Part shown: piece by piece, positions 51,037 to 59,732 of the stretch
Layout: the number at the start of each line of letters is the position of its first letter
Numbering within the stretch: the first letter of the stretch is position 1
Source of the DNA: an uncultured Desulfosarcina sp.
Lineage (GTDB): Bacteria > Desulfobacterota > Desulfobacteria > Desulfobacterales > Desulfosarcinaceae
Length of the DNA: 64,000 nt
Assembly (NCBI GenBank): GCA_963674945.2
Contig: CAXXWQ010000004.1
Coordinates: forward strand, 3,040,001-3,104,000
Reading direction: 5' to 3'
Notes under the pieces: generated by a model
What the model saw: only the letters and a program-made list of their open reading frames with translations
Told to the model about the DNA's origin: nothing
The model's database searches: none
Position numbers and translations under genes: made by a program

Positions 51037-51807
51037 CTATTTTGCCGCCATCCGAATGGCGGCATCCAGGCGAATGGTTTCACCATTTAGCATCGGATTT
51101 TCAATGATATGTCCAACCAACATAGCAAATTCAGCTGGATTTCCCAACCGTTTTGGAAATGGCATCATTTTCGCCAGTGCTTCCTGGGCTTTCGGCGGAA
51201 GACCGGCTACCATGGGCGTCATGAAGATTCCCGGTGCAATGGCGTTGCAACGAATTCCCAAACTGGCAAACTCCCTGGCAAGGGGCAGGGTCATCCCAAC
51301 GACACCGGCCTTGGAGGCGCTGTAGGCCGACTGGCCGATCTGGCCTTCAAACGCGGCCACTGAAGCTACATTGATGACGGCTCCCTTTTCACCATCACTG
51401 TTCGGCTCATTTTTCAGCATTTGAACGGCGGCAAGACGAACAACATTCATGGTGCCCACCAGATTGATCTGAATCACTTTATTGAAAAAATCGATGGGCA
51501 TAGGGTTTCCGTCCCTGTCGATCACTTTTTTCGGTGTTCCGACCCCTGCACAGTTGACCGCAACGTGAATCCCGCCAAAAGCCGCCACGGTGCTATCCAT
51601 CGCTGCTTGTACACTGGCTTCATCCGTCACGTCGGTTTTGCAGAAAATGACCGCGTCTCCAAGCTCAGCCGCCAGCTTTTCACCCTTGTCGGCATCAAAA
51701 TCCAAAATGGAGGCTTTGCCCCCTTTTTCCACCACATCCCTTACGACTGCCTCGCCTAGGCCGGACGCCCCGCCTGTGACAACGGCCACACAATTCTTTC
51801 TATCCAT
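51037..51807 (-). CDS. 3-hydroxyacyl-CoA dehydrogenase type II (HSD17B10-like SDR)
   Basis: VTGGASGLG, ASVAAFEGQIGQSAYSASKAGVVGMTLP, NPMLNGETIRLD. Confidence 0.92.
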   Translation of the reverse strand: MDRKNCVAVVTGGASGLGEAVVRDVVEKGGKASILDFDADKGEKLAAELGDAVIFCKTDVTDEASVQAAMDSTVAAFGGIHVAVNCAGVGTPKKVIDRDGNPMPIDFFNKVIQINLVGTMNVVRLAAVQMLKNEPNSDGEKGAVINVASVAAFEGQIGQSAYSASKAGVVGMTLPLAREFASLGIRCNAIAPGIFMTPMVAGLPPKAQEALAKMMPFPKRLGNPAEFAMLVGHIIENPMLNGETIRLDAAIRMAAK

Positions 51808-51898
51808 GGGTTACGCTCCTCAAATTATAATTTATGAATCGGTTCATTAGATACCGTTATGACCTGATGCCCGACTGAATATGAATTTCATCATCAGT

Positions 51899-51934
51899 AT
51901 ATGCCCAACAGCTAAGATATGCCCAACAGCTAAG
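51899..51934. repeat. Perfect 18-bp tandem duplication in a 5' leader
   Basis: atatgcccaacagctaag x2, enclosed by an aatttcatca.../ctgatgaaatt inverted repeat. Confidence 0.85.
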
Positions 51935-51984
51935 CTGATGAAATTGGATTATAAGCAATTGCTATACTTAGTTAAAAAGGGAAA

Positions 51985-52000
51985 GGCAATTGCCATGCCT
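51985..52000 (-). promoter_or_regulatory. Sigma-54 promoter for the dehydrogenase-thiolase-OB operon
   Basis: AGGCATGGCAATTGCC on the minus strand; palindrome GGTGGAATTTTGCACC at 52086-52101 upstream. Confidence 0.7.
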
Positions 52001-52417
52001 TTCAGAAATAATTGTTCTTACTGCCTAAAATAATTGATTAATATATTTTTACCGGATTTTATATCAATAAGCACTGATTAACTCTGGTGGAATTTTGCAC
52101 CAGTCTTTGGGCGATGCTGCCCGGAAGTAGTCATTGCGATAAATGAAATCGATAGATTCCGCCTTTTGCCGAGATGCAATTGATTTAACGAAATGCGGAT
52201 CATTTTTGGTGGTGCATTTGGTGGTGCATTTTAATCAAAGCGATATGAAAATTGTAACACCTTTATTATTATAGGGAAAACAATTGATACAGAGAATTTG
52301 ACAGTCATTTTTACGATTATTATTCCGTCGAAAAACACCGGTTCTAGATCTTACCATGTCGAAAACATCGCATCCGAGAAGTTGAGCAGAGGTAATCCTT
52401 GCCAAATTGGAATGTGT

Positions 52418-52433
52418 TGGCATGCAATTTGAT
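52418..52433 (+). promoter_or_regulatory. Possible sigma-54 promoter for the fabG-like/abfD-like unit
   Basis: TGGCATGCAATTTGAT (GA instead of GC at -12). Confidence 0.45.
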
Positions 52434-52651
52434 AAGACTTACCATTATATGTACAAATACTTTAGACATCGTAACGACAAGATACAGATTCTTCGCCTGA
52501 AGCTACCGATTCAAATACCATCCATTCTTCGTTTCTACTAAAATTCGTTGCTGATGTCATGGGTCTTGTATCAACGATTGCTCAGAATAGGAAAAACTCG
52601 GTTACGAAGTGCCATACTATAATTTTAAACAGTTAAGAAAGTGAGAACATT

Positions 52652-53398
52652 ATGAAGTTGAAGGGAAAAGTTGCGCTCGTTACGGGCGCATCCAGGGGGA
52701 TTGGAAGGGCGATCGCCATTTCATTGGCAAAGGAGGGTGCATTTGTCGCGGTAAATTATGCCAGCAACGCAAAGGCTGCCCAAGAGGTTGTGCAACTCAT
52801 TCAGGATGCCGGATCCGATGCAACGGCTTATCAAGCTGATATTGCAGACATTTCAGCTGTTGAAAAAATGGTCGCTGAGATAATGGAAAAACAAGGTGGT
52901 ATCGACATCCTGGTCAACAACGCTGGGGTTTGGCGAGGAGGCAAGCTTCAAAAGGTGCAACCCGCCGACTGGGACAAGGTTTTGGATACCAACCTGAAGG
53001 GGATGCTGTGCTGCACACGCGCCGTATTGCCTTCGATGTTAGAAAAAAAAGCAGGTAAAATTATCAATATATCTTCGGTGATTGGCATCGTCGGTTATCC
53101 GGGAGATACCATTTACGGAACTTCCAAAGCCGGAATTTTTGGGTTTACGAAATCCCTTGCCAAGGAAGTTGCGACAAAAGGAATTAATGTAAATGCCATC
53201 GCACCCGGTATCATCTCTACGGATATGAACAAGTCCCTCGACGAAGCCACCCGGGAAAAGTTATTGAAAAGTATTCCCATGAGAACGATGGGAGAACCCG
53301 AAGATATCGCCGAGGTTGTCTGTTTTCTTGCCTGTGGTGCTCGTTATGTGACAGGCCAGGTGTGGACTGTCGATGGCGGATACACAATGTTGTCGTAA
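52652..53398 (+). CDS. FabG-like 3-oxoacyl reductase (SDR)
   Basis: VTGASRGIG, LVNNAG, SSVIG..G, YGTSK, NAIAPG, VDGG. Confidence 0.9.
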   Translation: MKLKGKVALVTGASRGIGRAIAISLAKEGAFVAVNYASNAKAAQEVVQLIQDAGSDATAYQADIADISAVEKMVAEIMEKQGGIDILVNNAGVWRGGKLQKVQPADWDKVLDTNLKGMLCCTRAVLPSMLEKKAGKIINISSVIGIVGYPGDTIYGTSKAGIFGFTKSLAKEVATKGINVNAIAPGIISTDMNKSLDEATREKLLKSIPMRTMGEPEDIAEVVCFLACGARYVTGQVWTVDGGYTMLS

Positions 53399-53536
53399 GA
53401 AAAAATTGCTTTGATCGAGGCATAGGATCGACAATACCAAAACAGTGGTTTCGTTTACAACTGTTGGTATAATGATAATAGTTATTGTGTTTAGTTTGGT
53501 TGTGCCACTTTCATTCGGACATGAGGAGAAAATTAA

Positions 53537-55054
53537 ATGATTATTACATCAGAAGAGTGGGTCGACAGACAGCTATCCATGAAAAAAAATATCTATATGG
53601 GAGGTGATCTCGTAGGAAGAGATCATCCTCTCATTGTACCCGGGAGAAACGTAATTGCCATGACATATGACATGGCACAAGACGAGAAATACAAGGGTAT
53701 CATTACTGCCAAATCCCACATAGACGGTAGTGAGATCAACCGCTGGTGCAACCTGCATCAAAACGTCGAAGATTTATTGATCAAACAGAAGTCGACGCGA
53801 TGCGGAATTCACAATTGCGGATTCTGCATGCAGCGGTGCATGGGAAATGACGGCTTGAACGCCCTTTATGTGGTGACAAAAGAACTGGATGAAAAATATG
53901 GGACCGACTATCATCAGAAGATGCAGGATTTTGCTGCCTATTTCCAGAAAAACGATATCACATCGGCCCTTGCACAAACCGATGTCAAGGGAGACCGTTC
54001 AAAACGGCCCGCCGATCAGGATGATCCGGATCAATACGTTCGGATGATAAAAAAGACGAAAGACGGCATCATTGTCCGCGGTGCGAAAATTCACATCACC
54101 ATGGCGCCATACGCCGATGAAATTATTGTCTTGCCCACTCGGGTCATGAGAGAGGAAGAAAAGGACTATGCGGTGGCCTTTGCGATTCCGGCAGATACCG
54201 AAGGCGTCCATATCATTAACAGGGCATCGGCACCCAGGGGGCGGAAGAAATATGAAGCGCCCATGAACAAGTATGGAAGTTCAGATGCCATTACCGTTTT
54301 CGATGATGTTTTTGTTCCGTGGGAACGGGTATTCATGTGTGGTGAATACCAGGAAGCCGGCCGGCTTGCGTTGTTGTTCGCCAATTACCATAGACACGCC
54401 TATTGTGGCTGCAAGCCAGGCGTTACGGATGTGATCATGGGATTCACCCAACTCGTTGCCGAATACAGCGGGATTCAGAAAGCACAGCATGTTCGACACG
54501 AAATGGCTGATCTGATTGCTGTTGCGGAGTTGGTTTATGCTGCAGGAATCGCAAGTTCGGTGCAGGCCACAACATCTTCTTCAGGGGTCGTGATTCCGAA
54601 CCCGGTCTATTCCAACGTCGGACGTCGATTGGCAGGAGAGAACATTTACCATGAGCATAACATTCTGGTGGCGATTGCAGGTGGTTTGCCCGCAACCCTG
54701 CCCTTTGAGGAAGATTTCATCAACGACAAGACAGCCCCCTTCCTCGAAAAATATTTAAAGAGAGTAAAGAGTGTATCATCCGAAGATGTTCATCGATGTT
54801 TCCGCAGTATATCAGACTTGACTTGTTCGGCATGGGGTGGTGTCTGGCAGATCGCAGGCGTCCATGGAGGTGGTTCACCCATCATGGAAACCATTGCGAT
54901 TTTATCGAATTACAATTTGAAACAAAAAACGGACATCGCCAAATTCCTTTCCGGAATTGCTAACGACAATAAAGATAAAGAGGAAGTATTCGAGAACGAA
55001 AAAGATGATTTGGCATCTTTTAAAAAGCATCTCGAGTTGTACAAAAAGTCATAA
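53537..55054 (+). CDS. abfD: 4-hydroxybutyryl-CoA dehydratase/vinylacetyl-CoA isomerase family ([4Fe-4S]/FAD)
   Basis: CMQRCMGND and YHRHAYCGCK carry the 3Cys+His cluster ligands; TDVKGDRSKRP, FDDVFVPWERVF, HGGGSP. Confidence 0.85.
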   Translation: MIITSEEWVDRQLSMKKNIYMGGDLVGRDHPLIVPGRNVIAMTYDMAQDEKYKGIITAKSHIDGSEINRWCNLHQNVEDLLIKQKSTRCGIHNCGFCMQRCMGNDGLNALYVVTKELDEKYGTDYHQKMQDFAAYFQKNDITSALAQTDVKGDRSKRPADQDDPDQYVRMIKKTKDGIIVRGAKIHITMAPYADEIIVLPTRVMREEEKDYAVAFAIPADTEGVHIINRASAPRGRKKYEAPMNKYGSSDAITVFDDVFVPWERVFMCGEYQEAGRLALLFANYHRHAYCGCKPGVTDVIMGFTQLVAEYSGIQKAQHVRHEMADLIAVAELVYAAGIASSVQATTSSSGVVIPNPVYSNVGRRLAGENIYHEHNILVAIAGGLPATLPFEEDFINDKTAPFLEKYLKRVKSVSSEDVHRCFRSISDLTCSAWGGVWQIAGVHGGGSPIMETIAILSNYNLKQKTDIAKFLSGIANDNKDKEEVFENEKDDLASFKKHLELYKKS

Positions 55055-55076
55055 GTAGGGTTATCATCGTAAATAG

Positions 55077-55163
55077 ATCCCACCCTTTGGGTCAATGATG
55101 AGTCGTAAACGATGGATCAAAAGATCACGTTTCCTCATTAGGCCCGTGGGGTGGGATTTTTTA
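55077..55163 (+). terminator. Long hairpin/terminator after the abfD-like gene
   Basis: atcccaccc...gggtgggat followed by a T tract, with additional inner pairing. Confidence 0.6.
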
Positions 55164-55555
55164 ATGTATGGTGCTTTTTAAGACAGGCGGAAATTTAATG
55201 GAGAGTAAAGGGGCGGACACACAATAAGATACCGGAAATGACATTTTTGGAACAGGGCCGGAATGTTTCGCAGGTCGTTGAAGTGTGCGTGTTTTGCGGA
55301 GATGTTTGAAGAGTGAAATACGATATGAGAAAATTTTGGTGTCGAAGATGTTTCACGCATTGTGTAGCGTGTAGCCTGGCTGCTGTCACTGCGATTATTC
55401 CCCGTGCATGCGCAATTGGGAAGATATCGCTCCTGCAGAAGATGGAATTGTGACAGCAGGCGCGAATTGCAGGAGCGATATCAGGTACTTCCCGGCAGCT
55501 AAAATGGGTACGCTTTTAACTGCCCTTTTCCGCTATGAACATGAACGATAACCAT

Positions 55556-55620
55556 ACCCTCTTGGTCAGCTCAATATACAGCAGCTTGGCAAGGTTCAGA
55601 CCAAAGATCCTGGTTTTGCT
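55556..55620 (-). pseudogene. Remnant of the 3' end of a paralogous amidohydrolase gene
   Basis: Translates SKTRIFGLNLAKLLYIELTKRV versus DKAKIFGLNMANALGIEPTKRC at the end of the adjacent gene. Confidence 0.7.
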
Positions 55621-55630
55621 TGGAAATCGT

Positions 55631-56632
55631 TTAGCATCTCTTCGTCGGCTCAATTCCCAGTGCGTTGGCCATGTTCAGACCAAAGATTTTCGCCTTGTCG
55701 TCTTCTGTGAGAGGTGCGAATCCATAATCTTCCTGCAAACTCTCACTGAACTGGAATTTACGGAAGGCATCGATCGATGGCTTCTCCAGAGCTCCCTCGT
55801 GGCTCCAGATGAGCTTTTCTACACCTGCGTACATTATGGCATGACCCAGAAGTTTGGCAAACCAGCGGGGGCGGCATTCGATGCAATTATCGATAAAACT
55901 CATGCCGATATACAGGTTGGGATAGGTACCGGCCAGACAGTTCAGATCATCATGCCACGGCCATCCAAAATGGAAGGCGAGAAGCTTGAGGTCGTAGAAG
56001 TTTCGGCAGACCTCGTCCAAATACCTCGGATTGCAGACATCGGTGTTGGCTCCATATACGTAACCGTGTCCGAAATGGCCCCCCACCATGAATCCCAGTT
56101 CCTGGGCTTTCTCCCAGAATGGCCACAATCGTTTATCATTAGGAGCCCACTTTTCTCCCGGCCAATAAATCTTTCCAAATGTGGCGCCATGCTCCTTGGC
56201 CATATACTCCAGTTCCCAGATAGCTTGATCGACGCCTCGTGTCGAGGGCTCGAAGACGGGGCCGGGACGAAGTCGGTCTGGGTATTTCTCACAAGCGTCC
56301 AGCATAAAAGCAACGTTAGTCCCTTTGGGATCAACATTCATATAGAGGCCATGCCTGTGAGGAACTAGATGCAACATGTCAACACCGTCATGATCCATGA
56401 GGTCAATGAGGGAATCGGGCATGGGTTTGCTACCCAAGATTTCTCTCATTTTCATGGCATTTTCAATGAAGCTCGTCTGAAACTTCGGATTATTGGCAGT
56501 CATAACCCGATAGGGCAACCGGCTGGCTGCATAACGTTGATAATCGCGGTAATGTTTCAGATGCTCGGCTTCGTTCAGCATATCCGGTGAAAAATGACCT
56601 TCATGCTCGATTATGAAATAGTCTTTTGCCAT
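55631..56632 (-). CDS. Amidohydrolase 2 family metalloenzyme
   Basis: IEHEGH (HxxH-like), LWPFWEKAQEL, GHFGH, AFHFGWPW, YPNLY, KIFGLN. Confidence 0.82.
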   Translation of the reverse strand: MAKDYFIIEHEGHFSPDMLNEAEHLKHYRDYQRYAASRLPYRVMTANNPKFQTSFIENAMKMREILGSKPMPDSLIDLMDHDGVDMLHLVPHRHGLYMNVDPKGTNVAFMLDACEKYPDRLRPGPVFEPSTRGVDQAIWELEYMAKEHGATFGKIYWPGEKWAPNDKRLWPFWEKAQELGFMVGGHFGHGYVYGANTDVCNPRYLDEVCRNFYDLKLLAFHFGWPWHDDLNCLAGTYPNLYIGMSFIDNCIECRPRWFAKLLGHAIMYAGVEKLIWSHEGALEKPSIDAFRKFQFSESLQEDYGFAPLTEDDKAKIFGLNMANALGIEPTKRC

Positions 56633-56730
56633 AACGATTCTCCTCGGCTAAATTGGTCTGAATTTTCAAAAAAGACTGCAAGTAAATGGTGTAGCGAGTT
56701 AGAATTGATTTTCCGATGGTCTTTCGCCAG

Positions 56731-56763
56731 CGCCTATAGCTGTCAAATGGACAGCTATAGGCG
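56731..56763. other. Perfect 14-bp hairpin between the SDR and amidohydrolase genes
   Basis: cgcctatagctgtc-aaatg-gacagctataggcg; no clear U tract. Confidence 0.7.
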
Positions 56764-56771
56764 AAGAGAGA

Positions 56772-57518
56772 TTAAATCATTTCAACAACCTGTCCGTTTA
56801 TCCGCCATGCTTCATCGGAGACGAGGAAGAGCGCAACCTTGGCCACGTCGGGAGGCGTGCTGATACCACGCGTCTTTGCCGCGATCATGGCTTGCAACCT
56901 CTGCTTCCCACCAGTCATTTTTGCAAACGCGCCTCTTGTAAGCGGTGTGTCGACCACTCCCGGCAGAATGCCATTGATGTTGACTTTCTGCTTGAACATC
57001 TCGGTTTCGGCGGCGATACTTTGAACGATACTCTTTACCGCGGCCTTCCCCGCCTGGTATCCGGGAAGTACTGGCTGGCCACCGGTTGATGAAGTAAAGA
57101 AGAGCATGAAACCATAGTTCTGCTTTTTCATGAAGTCGAGGGCGGCATGGGCACAGTTGAATGATGGATCGATCTGAAAGTCCAATTGCTTTTTAAAGAA
57201 TTCGAAGGTGCAATGCTCGAAGGGCATCATGGTTCCACCGCCGACGGTGCTGATCATGATATCGATCTTGCCGTGGTCCTGCACCACCTGCTTGACCCCT
57301 TTGTACACATCGGCATAGTCCATGGCGTTCATTTTTACGCCTTGGGCCTTGCCTCCATTGGAGTTTATCCGCTCTGCGATCCCTTTGGCGCCGTCTTCAT
57401 TGATATCCCAGATGACGACGGTTCCGCCTTCAGCCCCAAGTCCCTCGGCAATGGCCTCGCCGATGCTTCCGGGACTCCCCCCGCCACAGACGATTGCTAC
57501 TTTATCTTTGAATCTCAT
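56772..57518 (-). CDS. Short-chain dehydrogenase/reductase, paralog of 18988-19728
   Basis: CGGGSPGSIG, TVGGG, FFKKQ, STGG, GYQAGKA, NGILPG shared with the SDR next to GRE1. Confidence 0.87.
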   Translation of the reverse strand: MRFKDKVAIVCGGGSPGSIGEAIAEGLGAEGGTVVIWDINEDGAKGIAERINSNGGKAQGVKMNAMDYADVYKGVKQVVQDHGKIDIMISTVGGGTMMPFEHCTFEFFKKQLDFQIDPSFNCAHAALDFMKKQNYGFMLFFTSSTGGQPVLPGYQAGKAAVKSIVQSIAAETEMFKQKVNINGILPGVVDTPLTRGAFAKMTGGKQRLQAMIAAKTRGISTPPDVAKVALFLVSDEAWRINGQVVEMI

Positions 57519-57777
57519 TAAAATTCCTTCCCAAATACTGGTTATGTACCAAAGTTTCGCAGTTGACTTTCCCTATAAAGTCGATCAGAACCTCATGATT
57601 CGCGAAAACCAAACAAACGACATGTAATTTACCACATTTTCCATAGGGTTTGAGACCACAACCGGTACTTGGCGCCTGGAAATGAATTAGAAAATCATAA
57701 CTGCATGGCCCCAATTTCAACTGCGAAACTTTGGTTATTTTTTATCGATTCTCTTTTGCCTTATCCTCGACGGCTGA

Positions 57778-58281
57778 TCAACGGGGAACAGCGCGACCAT
57801 TTTCGATGGTTACGACGCGTTCTTTAAAGCGCCATTTTCCGTCATCGCATTTGACGAATTTGTCCTTGTAGTTGCCGAATACGAGTACATATGCCCAGCC
57901 TGACAACATGTTTGCCGTACCATTGTTGACCTCATCGAGCCGGAAAAAATAAGACTCCGCAGAAGCTTCCGTATCACTTTCCAGCGTAATATTCGTTGCA
58001 CTGGTACAATGCTTATGCCAGGCATCCGGTGCATTGGGATGACCCATAATGTACCCTTTCAGCATGTCTTTGCCTTTTAGGCCGCCTTCGGGTTGGGGAA
58101 CGATGACTTGCGGTATTGTTTTACCCCGGTTTGTGATTTTGTAAACGCCATCGTCAATCCACAGATCCAGCCATTCTTCATTCCGGCCGTAGTCAATGAA
58201 GTGCCCGTAGTTATTAATGGTTTGCTGAATAGCCTTTTCGGCTTCCAATGCCTGAATACGTTTTTCGAGATCACCACTCAT
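57778..58281 (-). CDS. SnoaL-like/NTF2-fold protein (BaiE/LinA-like family)
   Basis: RIQALEAEKAIQQTINNYGHFID, W.DDG, HKH, GNYKDKFVK.DGKWRFKER; AAAGGAG SD. Confidence 0.85.
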   Translation of the reverse strand: MSGDLEKRIQALEAEKAIQQTINNYGHFIDYGRNEEWLDLWIDDGVYKITNRGKTIPQVIVPQPEGGLKGKDMLKGYIMGHPNAPDAWHKHCTSATNITLESDTEASAESYFFRLDEVNNGTANMLSGWAYVLVFGNYKDKFVKCDDGKWRFKERVVTIENGRAVPR

Positions 58282-58473
58282 AATCCTTCTCCTTTCAACT
58301 TTTGGTTTAATTGGCGCCGGTCTCCTCTACCGGCCTAAACTCACCTAGAATCACCACTTCAAGCAGAAATAAATAAGGTGATAGTATTCGGCGTATTCGT
58401 AAATACAAACGAATAAACATTTACAATACAATGGGTATGATCAGAGCGCGGCCATAACTGACCATAGTTCATT

Positions 58474-58489
58474 TGCAACTTAAGTGCCA
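58474..58489 (-). promoter_or_regulatory. Sigma-54 promoter (perfect consensus) for the SnoaL-SDR-amidohydrolase operon
   Basis: TGGCACTTAAGTTGCA on the minus strand. Confidence 0.85.
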
Positions 58490-58563
58490 GTATAGAAACA
58501 ATCTAAAATTTCAATATGTTATGTAGTAAGCTGGTTTTTTATACAGAGAAGAATCTGAAATTT

Positions 58564-58669
58564 GGTGCACAGAATCATCGGTTTTAAACAAAAAAAACCA
58601 TTTGAAAAGGGCGATAAACCAAAAATACAGCGTGACCACGCACGTTCCTTCATGGTGCGTCTGTGCATC
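58564..58669. promoter_or_regulatory. Pair of GGTGCA-N4-TGCACC-type sites
   Basis: GGTGCACAGAATCATC (58564-58579) and GGTGCGTCTGTGCATC (58654-58669); the latter is the exact reverse complement of 33864-33879. Confidence 0.68.
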
Positions 58670-58921
58670 GCCAATGGCTTTATTTACACCTTGTTTGCAT
58701 GCGGTTTGTCAGCGCAAGGGCAAACTCTGTTTGATCAAATAAAAAAAATCAGTTTGTATCCTAAGGTCGTCGTCTTGATAATACATTGTATATCCGAAAT
58801 ATGGATCAAGGCACCTAATTTGCAGTAAACCAACAAATTTGGTACGCTAAAAAAATTTTATCAGTGCGAAACAGCCGCTGTAAAAAGGGAGCCGTGTTGG
58901 AATGAACAGTCCGGGAAGGAA

Positions 58922-59170
58922 ATGATGACAGAGATTTGGTCTTGTGAAATTTGTGGGCAGGAAGGTCCATTGATCGTTGCCGGTACGTGCTGAGGAGGCG
59001 AAAGCGAAGCCCGTGAGGCTGAGCAACCGAATGATATCGTTACTTTCCATATGGGAAAGATGTATTCAATCCGAACTTGCCGATTATGCCGGGACAAACA
59101 CAGTGACAACGACCTTCGCCAAAGGATTCGGGATAAGTTGAAAAAACCGAGCGCTTCAGCCAGACCGTAA
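58922..59170 (+). CDS. Putative small selenoprotein (82 aa; CxxC, Cys-Sec, CxxC)
   Basis: MMTEIWSCEICGQEGPLIVAGTC-TGA(58991)-GGESEAREAEQPNDIVTFHMGKMYSIRTCRLCRDKHSDNDLRQRIRDKLKKPSASARP-TAA; GGAAGGA SD; hairpin AGCC-CGTGA-GGCT with its loop 18 nt after the TGA. Confidence 0.6.
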
Positions 59171-59213
59171 TATGAGGGAGTAAGCAATTGCTCTGCTATT
59201 TTCGAGCGTTCTG

Positions 59214-59732
59214 ATGTTTTTATTCAGGCAAGCAATATGGAAAAAGCAGCTTTCTGCTGTGATGATTTACTGGGTCGTCATCCCGTTTGCGGTGCTCGGC
59301 GGCGGACGGATAGCGGACGTTTTACTGCATTTTCCCGCTGCCGCGTATGGCTTTTTTCAGCAGGGTGCGGGATGGACTCTCGTTGCCGCCGGTGTCTTGC
59401 TGATTTGGCGGTCAATGGTGGACCTTGAAAGCGGCGGTGGCACGCCAAGCCCGTTTCGTCCCGCCAAACACCTTGTCACAATAGGGAGCTATCGCCTCTG
59501 TCGTCACCCCATGTGGCTGGGATATGATGCCGCTGCATTCGGAGTCATCCTGTTGGTCGGCTCCTGGGGGGCATTGCTGGCGAGCTACCCGTTGCTGTTG
59601 TTTTTTTCCATTCGCTTTCTGCGACGGGAAGAACAATTTCTTTTCATGAAATTCAAAACGGCGTATGCTGAGTACCGTCGGAAAACCCCGTTTTTGCTAC
59701 CGCGACTGCCGCTCGGAAGGAATAGAAAATGA
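59214..59732 (+). CDS. Isoprenylcysteine carboxyl/phospholipid methyltransferase family membrane protein
   Basis: GGTPSPFRP..LVTIGSYRLCRHPMWLG, REEQFL..KF..AYAEYRRKTP. Confidence 0.85.
   Translation: MFLFRQAIWKKQLSAVMIYWVVIPFAVLGGGRIADVLLHFPAAAYGFFQQGAGWTLVAAGVLLIWRSMVDLESGGGTPSPFRPAKHLVTIGSYRLCRHPMWLGYDAAAFGVILLVGSWGALLASYPLLLFFSIRFLRREEQFLFMKFKTAYAEYRRKTPFLLPRLPLGRNRK

Noticed and set aside
58861..59187. 108-aa minus-strand ORF
   Set aside because: No motifs; the plus-strand TGA-readthrough ORF with SD, paired CxxC and SECIS-like hairpin explains the region better.
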